From positions 79,839 to 143,838 of the forward strand of contig JBBIJO010000004.1 of assembly GCA_037445895.1 (NCBI GenBank): DNA of 64,000 nt, in the 5' to 3' direction. Below, piece by piece: positions 1-10,133 of the stretch. Source of the stretch: Ignavibacteria bacterium (GTDB lineage Bacteria > Bacteroidota > Ignavibacteria > Kapaibacteriales > UBA2268). Both the position numbers and the translations under genes were made by a program. The notes beneath the pieces were generated by a model, which worked only from the letters and a program-made list of their open reading frames with translations, had not been told where the DNA came from and did not search any database. Each line of letters opens with the position of its first letter. Positions within the stretch are counted from its first letter, which is position 1.

Positions 1-33
1 AAGTTTAAGCCCCGACTTCAGGACGATGAGTAA
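1..33 (+). CDS. 3' end of an upstream gene; only ...KFKPRLQDDE* is in the window
   Basis: Frame-1 reading ends at TAA 31-33 and an intrinsic terminator follows. The product cannot be identified from 10 codons. Confidence 0.3.
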   Translation, partial: KFKPRLQDDE

Positions 34-51
34 ATAGTATATTCCTTTCTT

Positions 52-91
52 TAAGACCCTTCGCACAGCATCGAGCGAAGGGTCTTTTATA
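52..91 (+). terminator. Rho-independent terminator
   Basis: GC-rich inverted repeat agacccttcgc ... gcgaagggtct with a 11-nt loop, followed by TTTTAT. Confidence 0.5.
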
Positions 92-266
92 TTGTGTGGG
101 GAACTTCTTGCCTTTTCCTTAATGAGTATAGCAAAAACGCTATCGTGTTGTAAGTTCGTCCATTAAAAATTGTTATATATTTTTGGTGTTTGGATTTGAA
201 AATTGGAACAAGTAATTTTGAATACTTGCAAACTATATTTTATTTTTTGAAATTGATTCTTAGACA

Positions 267-1154
267 ATGTTAGGAAACGGAACGAAAAATAATAAGGACG
301 GATTGACAACTTTGCTTTTGCTTATGCCGTGGATTGTTGTGTTTACGTTATTTTGGTTATATCCACTTGTTTATGCTGGCTATTTGAGTCTTTGCGATTA
401 TCAAACTTTGACTTCACGGGCTCGCTTTGTTGGCTTCGAAAACTATCGGCGAGTATTTGCCGACCCACTTTTTTGGATAGCGTTGAAAAATACTACAATT
501 TTTACATTTGTTACAGTTCCGATAACTACCGCACTTTCTTTATTCGTAGCGAACTTACTGAACCAGAAGTTTGTTCGATTCAAAACCTTTTTTCGCTCGA
601 TATTTTTCATTCCTTCAATCACTTCGTTAGTTGTTATTTCTGTAATTTTTACAAATCTTTACTCCACAAATGGCTATATCAATGCGATTTTGAAGTGGGT
701 TGGTATTGCTGGACCTTCTTTGGGTTGGCTTGGCAACGAGTCGACTGCATTGCCATCAGTTATGGTAATGGACATTTGGCTATCGGTTGGCTACTATATG
801 GTTTTGTTTCTTGCCGCTATGCAGTCTATACCACAAGATTACTACGACGTTGCTGAACTTTCGGATGCAAGCGGTTGGCAAAAATTCTGGCGAATCACCT
901 TCCCTTCGATTCGACCAGTTTTGCTTTTTGTTGTTGTTTTAAATACAATTAAATCGTTCCAAATTTTTGTTGAAATATATGTGATGACAAAAGGGGGTCC
1001 TTTGAATGCCACAACAACGCTTGTGTATCTAATTTATGAAAATGCTTTTGTCAAAATGGACGAAATGGGGTATGCTTCGGCGATGGCTTTTGTTGTATTT
1101 TTCTTGCTTTTAGGATTTTCGTTCCTACAAATGCGTTTGCTTCGATTAAAGTAA
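267..1154 (+). CDS. ABC transporter permease, carbohydrate type (MalF/UgpA-like inner membrane component)
   Basis: Six or more hydrophobic segments. The conserved permease loop reads LSDASGWQKFWRITFPSIRPVL (EAA-like motif region). Length is about 295 aa. Confidence 0.75.
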   Translation: MLGNGTKNNKDGLTTLLLLMPWIVVFTLFWLYPLVYAGYLSLCDYQTLTSRARFVGFENYRRVFADPLFWIALKNTTIFTFVTVPITTALSLFVANLLNQKFVRFKTFFRSIFFIPSITSLVVISVIFTNLYSTNGYINAILKWVGIAGPSLGWLGNESTALPSVMVMDIWLSVGYYMVLFLAAMQSIPQDYYDVAELSDASGWQKFWRITFPSIRPVLLFVVVLNTIKSFQIFVEIYVMTKGGPLNATTTLVYLIYENAFVKMDEMGYASAMAFVVFFLLLGFSFLQMRLLRLK

Positions 1155-1254
1155 GATTGATTGTGTATAACAACATTTCTTCTAAATATCGAAGAAACTT
1201 CTATTTCATTTAGGCTCGGAGTTGTTCTTTAAATTAATTTAAGTATTAATTCAA

Positions 1255-1385
1255 CATTCTTTGCCTGTCAACCTCTGAAATTCTTTAGGAGGGCAGTGGT
1301 GGTCTTTCAAAAAATAACCCATTAGGTTGACCCGATAAGCCGGCGGTTTTGCAAGTAGTGCAAGGCGAAAAAATCATTCTGTCTT
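1255..1385 (+). promoter_or_regulatory. Candidate structured 5' leader of mntP, possibly a yybP-ykoY-type Mn2+ riboswitch
   Basis: The 300-nt gap before the MntP-family gene contains the helix-forming pair ctgtcaacc ... ggttgac enclosing about 55 nt. It also has GGAGGGCAGUGG and a hairpin UUGCAAGUAGUGCAAGG containing an AGUAG word. The yybP-ykoY riboswitch is classically found upstream of mntP. The consensus match was not verified. Confidence 0.3.
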
Positions 1386-1456
1386 CTTAGTCTATCAATC
1401 CCAACAGATACTAAAATAAAATGGTTAGCCACAATTATTAATGTTTTTTATTATTT

Positions 1457-2041
1457 TTGAAAAGTATGGTGAATGATATGTTTATATGGCTTGTTGTTTT
1501 CATTGCATTTGCATTAGCAATGGACGCTTTTTCTGTTTCTGTTGGTGCCGGTGCTTATTTTAAAAAAACATCTATACGACAAAAGTTCCGGCTTTCTTTC
1601 CATTTCGGGCTTTTTCAATTTTTGATGCCAATCGTGGGTTGGCTTGTTGGAGAGCAAATTGTTGGTATTTTTAAAGACTATGACCATTGGGTTGCATTTG
1701 TAGTTCTTTGCTTTTTAGGGAGTAAAATGTTTTTGGATAGTAGGGGGCAGCGGGAGACACTAGTAACCGAAGATATTACTCGTGGGTGGAAACTCATCGG
1801 TTTGTCGGTTGCAACAAGTTTAGATGCTCTTGCTGTCGGTTTTAGCATTTCTCTTTTGTATGGGCAAATCTTTATGATGTCGGTCGTTATTGGTATTGTA
1901 GCTTCCGGAATGTCGTTGTTAGGCATTTTTTTGGGCGAGCGACTTTCGTTCCATTTCGGGCATTGGGCTGGGTCGGTTGCCGGAATTATCTTAATTCTAA
2001 TTGGAATACAAATTGTCCTACATCATTTGGAGGTCATATAA
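1457..2041 (+). CDS. mntP: Manganese efflux pump, MntP family (DUF204)
   Basis: About 190 aa with six TM helices and two internal repeats each carrying a D/E-rich motif (MDAFSVSVGAG ... SLDALAVGFS), which is typical of MntP/YebN. Confidence 0.75.
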   Translation: MKSMVNDMFIWLVVFIAFALAMDAFSVSVGAGAYFKKTSIRQKFRLSFHFGLFQFLMPIVGWLVGEQIVGIFKDYDHWVAFVVLCFLGSKMFLDSRGQRETLVTEDITRGWKLIGLSVATSLDALAVGFSISLLYGQIFMMSVVIGIVASGMSLLGIFLGERLSFHFGHWAGSVAGIILILIGIQIVLHHLEVI

Positions 2042-2812
2042 ATGAAAAAGTTATTAGTTTCGGTTGCCTTGTTCGTTCTACTGTCGGGCAGTGCTTTGAC
2101 TTTGCGTTCCTTGGATACAAAGCTTTCTCGGACGCAGAAAGTTTATAAAATCGTTCATCTTTCTGGTTTGTCGGAAATAGCAACAATACCAAGCAACGAT
2201 ATTATTCCAACTTTCCAGTTTGCGATGCCCACGATTCCAGAAACAGAATGGGAACGACTTCGCAAATACTATGACTCTGCCAAAATCGTTCAAGATATTG
2301 CTAAATCGCTTCTAAATGAATTTACAAAAGAGGAAATCGATAGGCTATACGAGTTAATCGAACCTTTCGGAAGAATGGAAATCGAATCTGAACCAGATAC
2401 TTCGGTTTTTTCGAATTACGATATAGCTTTAAATTATTTGGGGGCGCTCGATACAATCATTTCACTGATTGATAAATTGATTGTGGCGAATATTGATAGT
2501 TTGTTCAATATGGGTTTGTGGAAAATATATTTGAACGATTCGGCTTCTTTTGTAGTTCCAAATGGAAAATTGAGTATTTTGATTGATTCCATTTCTCAAG
2601 AGTTAATTAGGAGAGAAAAGGCAATTAAAGAAAAGAAAAAAACTATGCCCCCGACCGAAGAAAATAAGAGTATTTGGAAGAACTATTTTAAGCAGTGGAA
2701 GGAGTTCCTCGAAAAATCTCGCAAATTTTTCGAGAAATACAAGTATTTCCGCCAAAAGTACGAAAAGGAGATTTTGAAAGATTTGAAGCGACGTGGCTTT
2801 ATTCAAGAATAA
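2042..2812 (+). CDS. Hypothetical secreted protein with a K/E-rich C-terminal tail
   Basis: N-terminal signal peptide MKKLLVSVALFVLLSGSALT; no recognisable catalytic motif; the start codon abuts the mntP stop. Confidence 0.5.
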   Translation: MKKLLVSVALFVLLSGSALTLRSLDTKLSRTQKVYKIVHLSGLSEIATIPSNDIIPTFQFAMPTIPETEWERLRKYYDSAKIVQDIAKSLLNEFTKEEIDRLYELIEPFGRMEIESEPDTSVFSNYDIALNYLGALDTIISLIDKLIVANIDSLFNMGLWKIYLNDSASFVVPNGKLSILIDSISQELIRREKAIKEKKKTMPPTEENKSIWKNYFKQWKEFLEKSRKFFEKYKYFRQKYEKEILKDLKRRGFIQE

Positions 2813-2852
2813 GATAATAATGTAAACTGTTACCTAATAGAAAGGACAAAAG

Positions 2853-4055
2853 ATGAAAGACGACCCGGCAATGCAAATCCAAGACTACTGGGTTTTTGGT
2901 GAATATGGTGGTGTTAATCCATCTATCGAAGATGCTTCTACTTTTACTTTTCTTTCGGCGGAGAAAATGCAAGAACTCTTCGAACACGAAATCGAAGGCT
3001 GTTTCCTATATTCTCGTCATTTGAACCCGACTGTCCATTATCTTGCTCAATCGCTTGCGTTGATGGAAGGTACCGAATATGCCCAAGTTACTGCTTCTGG
3101 TATGGCGGCTATAAGTTGTGCTATTTTAGAAATATGCGGCGCAGGCGACGAAATCATTTCGAGCAGGACAATTTATGGTGGAACTTATGCTTTGTTCAAG
3201 AATTTTCTTCCACGGTTTAACATTTCAACGCATTTTGTAAATATACTCAATTCGGATGCTATTCGCTCGAAGATAAGCCCGAAAACGAAAGTTATTTACA
3301 CTGAATCACTCAGCAATCCTTTGCTCGAAGTTGCCAACATTCCGCAACTGAGCCAACTTGCAAAGGAGTATAATCTTATTTTGATAGTCGATAACACATT
3401 CAGTCCATTGATTATTTCGCCTGCCAAACTTGGGGCCGATATTGTTGTTTATAGCCTTACGAAATTTATCAATGGTGCAAGCGATTGTGTTGGAGGAGCG
3501 ATTTGTGCGGAACATAATTTTATCACAAGTCTAAAAGACGTCCATAATGGTTCAGCAATGCTTTTGGGACCAACCATGGATTCGATTCGAGCAGCTGGGA
3601 TTTTGAAAAATCTCCACACTTTGCATATACGAATGAAACAACATAGCAAGAATGCTCAATATATTGCCGAACGTTTAGTTGAGCGTGGATTTAGAGTTTT
3701 TTATCCAGGATTACCGTTCCACCCGCAATATGAGTTGATGAAAAAGCAGATGAACAGCGACTACGGGTTTGGAGGTATGCTGGCATTCGATTGCGGAACG
3801 CCGGAACGAGCCAACTCCCTGATGCTGAAAATGCAGGAGAACAAAGTTGGCTACTTTGCAGTGAGTTTAGGTTTCTATAAAACTCTTTTCAGTGCCCCCG
3901 GAATGAGTACTTCGAGCGAAATCCCAGCGGAAGAACAATTGGCTATGGGACTTTCGCCCGGATTGGTTCGAATTTCTGTTGGCTTGGATAGTAACATTGA
4001 AGAAACTTGGAGAAGAATCGAAAGTTCGATTAATGAGATATGTCCCGAAAGATGA
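2853..4055 (+). CDS. PLP-dependent Cys/Met metabolism enzyme (methionine gamma-lyase / cystathionine lyase / O-acylhomoserine sulfhydrylase family)
   Basis: Family-typical N-terminus (…GAVNPSIEDASTFTF) and the PLP-lysine motif YSLTKFINGASD. Length is 400 aa. Confidence 0.8.
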   Translation: MKDDPAMQIQDYWVFGEYGGVNPSIEDASTFTFLSAEKMQELFEHEIEGCFLYSRHLNPTVHYLAQSLALMEGTEYAQVTASGMAAISCAILEICGAGDEIISSRTIYGGTYALFKNFLPRFNISTHFVNILNSDAIRSKISPKTKVIYTESLSNPLLEVANIPQLSQLAKEYNLILIVDNTFSPLIISPAKLGADIVVYSLTKFINGASDCVGGAICAEHNFITSLKDVHNGSAMLLGPTMDSIRAAGILKNLHTLHIRMKQHSKNAQYIAERLVERGFRVFYPGLPFHPQYELMKKQMNSDYGFGGMLAFDCGTPERANSLMLKMQENKVGYFAVSLGFYKTLFSAPGMSTSSEIPAEEQLAMGLSPGLVRISVGLDSNIEETWRRIESSINEICPER

Positions 4056-4068
4056 AATATTCGGGTAG

Positions 4069-4116
4069 GGCAGCCGCAATATGGAAAATATTGCGGTTGC
4101 CTTGTTATTTTTGTCC
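4069..4116 (+). terminator. Rho-independent terminator
   Basis: 14-bp stem ggcagccgcaatat / atattgcggttgcc (one G-U pair) with loop ggaaa, followed by the T-rich run ttgttatttttg. Confidence 0.65.
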
Positions 4117-4142
4117 TTTTTGTTTCTACGGATTTTATTTTT

Positions 4143-4856
4143 ATGAAACCGATATTAATTGCAAAAAATATTAAAAAATCATTCTTGAAAGACAAGACTG
4201 TTCGCACGGAGGTTTTGAAAGGAATCGATTTGGAAATTCGTCGTGGTGAATTCTTCGCCTTGATGGGACCATCGGGAGTTGGGAAAACAACATTGCTCTA
4301 TGTAATTAGTTCGCTCGACAAACCCGACGAAGGAGAAGTTTCCTATTTTCTCAATGGTAGCGAGTTCCAAATTGAACAACAAAGCATAGATGAACTTGCT
4401 CGAATCCGTAATCGGCATATTGGATTTGTTTTCCAATTCCATCATTTGTTGCCAGAATTTACTTCGCTCGAAAATGTGGCGATGCCTCTTTTGATTCGTG
4501 GTGTGCGTTTTGCAACTGCATTCGAGCGAGCGAAGGATTTGCTTGCTCGCGTTGGTTTGCAAGAACGCTTCGACCACAAACCCTCGGAACTTTCAGGAGG
4601 GGAGCAACAGCGTGTTGCAATCGCTCGCGCCTTGATTAACGAACCAGATATTGTGTTTGCAGACGAGCCAACGGGCAATCTCGACACTAAAACTGCAGAA
4701 TCTTTTTTAAATCTGTTGTTTAATTTAAAGAAGCAATACAATTTAACTTTTGTTGTTGCTACCCACAGCAATGAGATAGCAGCTCTTGCCGATAGAATTG
4801 CCAAAATGAAGGATGGAATCATCGACGAAATAATCGAAAAGCCCCAAATTAAGTAA
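4143..4856 (+). CDS. ABC transporter ATP-binding protein, LolD/MacB-type
   Basis: Walker [11 protein letters not shown]-loop, ABC signature [15 protein letters not shown] and Walker [13 protein letters not shown]. The roughly 235-aa size is typical of LolD/FtsE-like ATPases. Confidence 0.8.
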   Translation: MKPILIAKNIKKSFLKDKTVRTEVLKGIDLEIRRGEFFALMGPSGVGKTTLLYVISSLDKPDEGEVSYFLNGSEFQIEQQSIDELARIRNRHIGFVFQFHHLLPEFTSLENVAMPLLIRGVRFATAFERAKDLLARVGLQERFDHKPSELSGGEQQRVAIARALINEPDIVFADEPTGNLDTKTAESFLNLLFNLKKQYNLTFVVATHSNEIAALADRIAKMKDGIIDEIIEKPQIK

Positions 4857-5049
4857 TAAATAGCCTATGATGCAGCAAACGTTGCGACTTGCCCGATAGC
4901 ACCTCTTACTCTTCTGTTTATTTTTTCCTTACCGAGGAAAGAAAGGCATTAATGGGTAAGCTCGCTCAATGAAAATTGATTTGGTATTCCCTATAACTTT
5001 TTCGGCTATTTTGTTATTTTGTATTTTTGATTTCCGTGTTCGATAAGAA

Positions 5050-5682
5050 ATGAGAAAAGCACAAGAAATAAATGAAATTATAAGAATCCTCGAAAAAGAA
5101 TTCCCCAAAGCTCGCATACAGCTTAACCATTCCAATCCTTTTCAGTTGCTTGTTGCAACAATTCTTTCTGCTCAATGCACCGACGAGCGAGTAAACATAG
5201 TTACAAAAGATTTGTTTGCAGAATACAAAACACCAGAAGATTTTGCCAATCTCGATGTAAATGAACTCGAAAAACGGATATACTCGACTGGATATTATAA
5301 AGCGAAGGCAAAGCATATTATTACAAGTGCAAAAGAAATTCTCGAAAAATTCGATGGAGAAGTTCCCAACACAATGGAAACTCTCCTTGAATTGCCCGGC
5401 GTCGGTCGCAAGACTGCCAATGTTGTTCTTTCCCATTCATTTAATATTCCCGGAATAGTTGTCGATACCCATGTTACCCGAATAGCAAACCGATTGGGAT
5501 TAGTTTCGACGCGAAACCCGAAGAAAATTGAATTTACGTTGATGAACATAATTCCTAAGGACAAGTGGGTATTGTTCACACATCTTCTGATTGCACACGG
5601 ACGAAAATATTGTATTGCCCGAAAACCCAAATGCCAAAAATGCCCGATTAATCATCTTTGCCCTTCGGCAAATTTATCTTAA
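5050..5682 (+). CDS. nth: Endonuclease III (DNA glycosylase/AP lyase)
   Basis: HhH-GPD motif LPGVGRKTANVVL and C-terminal 4Fe-4S cluster CIARKPKCQKCPINHLC. Confidence 0.9.
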   Translation: MRKAQEINEIIRILEKEFPKARIQLNHSNPFQLLVATILSAQCTDERVNIVTKDLFAEYKTPEDFANLDVNELEKRIYSTGYYKAKAKHIITSAKEILEKFDGEVPNTMETLLELPGVGRKTANVVLSHSFNIPGIVVDTHVTRIANRLGLVSTRNPKKIEFTLMNIIPKDKWVLFTHLLIAHGRKYCIARKPKCQKCPINHLCPSANLS

Positions 5683-5740
5683 ATTTGTGTAACTTTATTG
5701 CAATTGATTTGTTAGATAGATTTTAAAAAGGGAGGATTCG

Positions 5741-8731
5741 ATGAAAATAAATTTGACTAAATTGTTATTAATTGCATTTTTATTTTTTGTTCAAAGTATT
5801 TGCCTTTTTAGCCAAGTGGATATTCGATACGATAGCAAAGGAACCGATTTTTGGCTTACGTTCTTACCAAATTTCCATAATAATTACGCTAATCCCGATT
5901 CTCTCTCCGATTCTCTCTACATTTTTATTACATCTTCGGAATCAACTCGTGGGACAATTGAATACAAGGACAGAGATGGAAATTCTTTCCTACAAGTTTT
6001 TACAATCGACGACCCTACAAAGATTTATACTTTTAGAATTAGCAGTTACTATTTCGAGCTTTTAGGTTTTAACGAAAGTGGAACGCTTGTTACAGGGGGG
6101 AATCAATGCGAATCGATAGCGCCCAATTCCTTTCACATTACCTCCGAAAAAGAAGTTACTGTGTATGCTTTGAGCCAGGCAGTTACAACTTCCGATGCTT
6201 TTATGGTTCTCCCGACCGATGTGTTGGGCAAAAGGTATTTTATACTTTCTTATAACAGCGACGGAAAAACCGATTTTGGACTTCTCTATGGAAGTAGTAC
6301 GCCTTCTCAGTTTGCTATTGTTGCAACCGAAGATTCAACATCGGTTACCATTTATCCTTCGGACGAAACTTATATAAACAGGACTAATACACAAGTTATC
6401 CAAATGAATCGCGGCGATGTTTACCTTGTGCAAGCCAGGATTAGTAGGGGGAAATTGAGGACCGATTTGACCGGAACAGAAATTATTTCGTCGAAGCCAA
6501 TCGCCATTTTTTCGGGACACCAAAGAGCTACTGTCCCAGTTACAATAAGCAATAATAACCCTTCGCGCGACATTTTAGTTGAACAATTGCCACCCGTTTC
6601 GACGTGGGGGAAAAATGCAATTGTTGTTCCGCTTGCTATTTCTTCCAACGAAAGTCCTGTTGGAAGTAACCTTTTCCGTGTTCTTGCCGCCGAAGACCAA
6701 ACAGAAATATATATCGACGGGGTTAAAGCAACAACATTAAATAGCGGTGGCTACTACGAGGGTATTCTCAACAAACCGATGTTCATCACAGCGAACAAAC
6801 CGATTCTTGTTGGTGCATTTAAAAAGACTACTGGAAGTGGTGGCCTCAATGGATTAGGAGACCCTTTTTTCCTTGTTATGCCTCCAATTGAGCAATATAT
6901 GAATAATTATAGGGTAATAAACGCTCAAGCATACGAAAGGGACGACTCTTATAACCGTTATCAAGCTGTTTATCGCGAGCAATATATTTCCATAATTATA
7001 CCTAAATCGCATTGGCAGAGTTTTCGTTTGGATGGCAGCCCATTGCTACCTGGAAACATTGTCAATATCAATAGTGTTGATTACGTATATGCAATTCTTG
7101 CAGTAAGCGATGGGGTGCATTATGCCGAGGCAGATACAACTTTTGGTATTATTGTCTATGGTTACGGCGGTGCAAATTCCTATGGTTATATTGGAGGAAG
7201 TAGCTATCTTACGTTGAATTTCTTTCAACCTAATATTACGAGTTTGGAAAGCGATTCTTGTTTTGTTTCGAAAGGTTTTGCATCGAAATATCGTCCGAAA
7301 GACGCCGCTTTGCGCGACATATATGTAATCGACAGCCTTACCCAAAACGTTGAGCTATACAACAAACAGACTTCGACGGATACAATCTTATACAGTTTTA
7401 GATTGAAAGATATTTATAACGATGGTAGTTATGGGCTGATTGCTATTGATACTATGGGATTGCGAAGCGAGCCGCTTGTCGTGTGGCTTGCGGGGTTTAC
7501 GGTTGCCCCCGAAAGTTACCGCAACACCACAAACATTCCGTTAATTCAAGACACTACCTCTGTTGGTAAGGATATTTGTTTGTCGGCAAGGTTAGAAAAC
7601 TATGGTCGTTTCGAGCAAACCATTACTCGTGCATACTTGAAGAATCTCGGTATTGACGCAACGGGAATTATTCCCTTTTCAATTCAACCTCAATCAACAT
7701 TTGAATTGACTTTCTGTTTGAATTTCCAACAAGATACAACACTCGTCGATACTTTGGTGATTGAGAATAGTTGTGCGGAAAGGAACGTTGTAGCTTTGGA
7801 AATTTCCATTATAACCGATAGAAACGAACCAAAAGTTTTTTCCGAAAAGGATACCTGCTTGAAGTATATCGATTGGGTTGTTACCGATTCTTTTAAGGTG
7901 GACAAAGGTTTGTTGCGCGTCGAAGTTTTAGAGAAAACCAATTGCAATATAGACCTCGTAGCATCTTATCCAAGGAAAGTAGCAGTTCGGGTTAACATTC
8001 TTAGTCCGTTCGAAGATACATTTTATCGAATCGTTGCCGAAGATTCTGTTGGCAATTCGATTGAAATTAACGATACAATCCCGGGGTTTACTTTGCAAAT
8101 CCTTGGTTACGATGGGGAAAGGTCGTTCGATTTTGGTCACCAAAGCGTTGGTGAACTTATTTGCGATACACTGTATCTTTACAATTATGGCAACTTTACT
8201 CTTGTGCTCGATGCAATTGAACTTTGGAGAAACATCGAATTTTCCGTGCCTCCTTCGCAACAACCTGTTGTGGTGCCTCCCAAAACTTCGGTTCCGTTAT
8301 ATTTTTGTTTTAATCCTTTGCGAGTTGGTTTAATAGGCGATACATTGTATTGTAGGTTTCTATGTTCAGTAATTCAAATACCAGTTCAAGGGAATGGAGA
8401 AGCTATTCCTTTGCAAGGAACTTCGAATTGTAATGTTCGTATAGTAACTGAACTCCGAGGTAAAAGGAATGCTGTTGTTTCGGACGAACCGTTCCCAAAT
8501 CCAGCAAAAACATTCCTTTATATTCCGTTCCCTAATGGGTTGGAAACACCATTCACTATTGAGCTATTCAATTCTATCGGCGATGAGGTTAGTAGCCAAA
8601 CGATACAACAAGCTGCTTCAAGTGCGAATTTTATCGAGATAGATATTTCGTTGCTGGCAGATGGTTTTTATATTTTATCGTTAAAAGGTTTGGGTGTTAT
8701 TTATTATTATCAGTTTTTCAAGATGGATTAA
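5741..8731 (+). CDS. Large secreted protein with a T9SS C-terminal sorting domain (function unknown)
   Basis: Signal peptide; Shine-Dalgarno sequence AAGGGAGG upstream; 996 aa. The last roughly 90 aa read FPNPAKTFLYIPF...IELFNSIGDEV...GFYILSL, typical of a Por secretion tail. Confidence 0.6.
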   Translation: MKINLTKLLLIAFLFFVQSICLFSQVDIRYDSKGTDFWLTFLPNFHNNYANPDSLSDSLYIFITSSESTRGTIEYKDRDGNSFLQVFTIDDPTKIYTFRISSYYFELLGFNESGTLVTGGNQCESIAPNSFHITSEKEVTVYALSQAVTTSDAFMVLPTDVLGKRYFILSYNSDGKTDFGLLYGSSTPSQFAIVATEDSTSVTIYPSDETYINRTNTQVIQMNRGDVYLVQARISRGKLRTDLTGTEIISSKPIAIFSGHQRATVPVTISNNNPSRDILVEQLPPVSTWGKNAIVVPLAISSNESPVGSNLFRVLAAEDQTEIYIDGVKATTLNSGGYYEGILNKPMFITANKPILVGAFKKTTGSGGLNGLGDPFFLVMPPIEQYMNNYRVINAQAYERDDSYNRYQAVYREQYISIIIPKSHWQSFRLDGSPLLPGNIVNINSVDYVYAILAVSDGVHYAEADTTFGIIVYGYGGANSYGYIGGSSYLTLNFFQPNITSLESDSCFVSKGFASKYRPKDAALRDIYVIDSLTQNVELYNKQTSTDTILYSFRLKDIYNDGSYGLIAIDTMGLRSEPLVVWLAGFTVAPESYRNTTNIPLIQDTTSVGKDICLSARLENYGRFEQTITRAYLKNLGIDATGIIPFSIQPQSTFELTFCLNFQQDTTLVDTLVIENSCAERNVVALEISIITDRNEPKVFSEKDTCLKYIDWVVTDSFKVDKGLLRVEVLEKTNCNIDLVASYPRKVAVRVNILSPFEDTFYRIVAEDSVGNSIEINDTIPGFTLQILGYDGERSFDFGHQSVGELICDTLYLYNYGNFTLVLDAIELWRNIEFSVPPSQQPVVVPPKTSVPLYFCFNPLRVGLIGDTLYCRFLCSVIQIPVQGNGEAIPLQGTSNCNVRIVTELRGKRNAVVSDEPFPNPAKTFLYIPFPNGLETPFTIELFNSIGDEVSSQTIQQAASSANFIEIDISLLADGFYILSLKGLGVIYYYQFFKMD

Positions 8732-8737
8732 ACTTTT

Positions 8738-8778
8738 AGGAACGAGTTGTTAAGCAAGGCGTGTTCCTGCTTTTATTC
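8738..8778 (+). terminator. Possible rho-independent terminator
   Basis: aggaac ... gttcct stem followed by GCTTTTATT just after the stop codon. Confidence 0.35.
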
Positions 8779-8877
8779 CGTATTCCTAAACTTTAATGCA
8801 AAACTTTTTAAGTTGTGTAAAAATTTTATTAAATTGAAATCCAGTTAATCGGAAAAAGCATTATTTAACTCAAAAGA

Positions 8878-10131
8878 TTGAGTATAATTCTAATGGATAC
8901 TTACAAGAAATTGGAAATACTTGCTAATTCGGCTAAATATGATGCTTCTTGTGCTTCGAGCGGGAGCCAAAGGAAATCTGGGATAGGAACCACTCGGATA
9001 TCTGGAATTTGCCATAGCTGGGCTGGCGATGGGCGTTGCATATCTCTTCTTAAAGTCCTTCTTACAAACTATTGTGAGTTCGACTGCTCCTATTGTATCA
9101 ATAGGAAATCCAACAATATTAAAAGGGCAATGTTTAAGCCCGATGAACTTGCGAAATTAACCGTCGAGTTCTATAAAAGGAATTACATTGAAGGTTTGTT
9201 CCTAAGCTCTGCTATCATAAGAAATCCTGACTACACGATGGAACTTATGTTGAAGGTAGTAAAAAAATTGAGGAATGAATATAATTTTGGCGGGTATATT
9301 CACCTCAAAATTATACCTGGTTGCGATACTAAATTAATAGAGGAGTCTTCGCTTTTTGCCGATAGGGTCAGCGTAAACGTCGAACTTCCCAATAGAATAA
9401 GTTTAGCGAAATTTTGCCCACAAAAGACAAAGGAAACAATATTTACTCCAATGAAATACGCTTCGAATCTTATACTTCAAAATAAAGAGAACCGGTATTG
9501 CCAATTCGCTCCCGCAGGGCAAAGCACACAAATAATAGTAGGAATGGACGAAAGCAATGATTACAAAATTCTGAATCTGGCGGAATGGTTATACAATAAA
9601 CTTTTTTTAAAAAGGATTTACTACTCTGCTTTTGTAAAAGTTAATGAGGATGCCTTGTTGCCACCTATCGAGCCGCCTATACTCCGGGAACATCGATTAT
9701 ATCAAGCAGATTGGTTGCTGCGATTCTATCGTTTTAAAGTAAACGAAATTATTGCCGAAAACCAGAATCTCGATTTGAGATTCGACCCGAAAACAGCGTG
9801 GGCATTGAGAAACATAGACCAATTCCCTGTCGATATTAATAAGGTAGATTATGATACGCTGCTTAGAATTCCTGGTATAGGAACTACCTCGGCAAAGAAA
9901 ATAATAAAGGCAAGGAAATTTACTAACCTCCGGCTCGAAGACCTTAAAAAAATTCGAATTCCCTACAAAAAAGCAATAAATTTCATAACGATAAATGGAA
10001 AATATTACGGATTGAAAACCGAACGTAAAGAGAAATATACTAACTTGCTTTCCGAGTTAAGACAAGATGGTTTATTCGACTCGAGCGTTCTCGAAAGAAC
10101 ATACATTTCTGCTAATACTGGTATTCTTTAA
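8878..10131 (+). CDS. Radical SAM protein with C-terminal helix-hairpin-helix (putative DNA modification/repair radical SAM family)
   Basis: CxxxCxxC cluster motif CEFDCSYC near residue 65. The C-terminal HhH reads LLRIPGIGTTSAKKIIKARKF. The gene is immediately followed by a DUF4130-like gene. The true start may be M at 8893. Confidence 0.7.
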   Translation: MSIILMDTYKKLEILANSAKYDASCASSGSQRKSGIGTTRISGICHSWAGDGRCISLLKVLLTNYCEFDCSYCINRKSNNIKRAMFKPDELAKLTVEFYKRNYIEGLFLSSAIIRNPDYTMELMLKVVKKLRNEYNFGGYIHLKIIPGCDTKLIEESSLFADRVSVNVELPNRISLAKFCPQKTKETIFTPMKYASNLILQNKENRYCQFAPAGQSTQIIVGMDESNDYKILNLAEWLYNKLFLKRIYYSAFVKVNEDALLPPIEPPILREHRLYQADWLLRFYRFKVNEIIAENQNLDLRFDPKTAWALRNIDQFPVDINKVDYDTLLRIPGIGTTSAKKIIKARKFTNLRLEDLKKIRIPYKKAINFITINGKYYGLKTERKEKYTNLLSELRQDGLFDSSVLERTYISANTGIL

Positions 10132-10133
10132 AA

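Noticed and set aside
329-856. 175-aa ORF in an alternative frame inside the ABC permease gene
   Set aside because: It is fully nested in a well-supported membrane-protein gene, Cys/Trp-rich with an odd composition, and has no motif.
267-1154. Single ABC permease without ATPase, second permease or binding protein as a degraded transporter
   Set aside because: The partners may lie upstream of the window, since a gene ends at 33. The LolD-like ATPase at 4143 is a different ABC type. There is not enough evidence to call a pseudogene or remnant.
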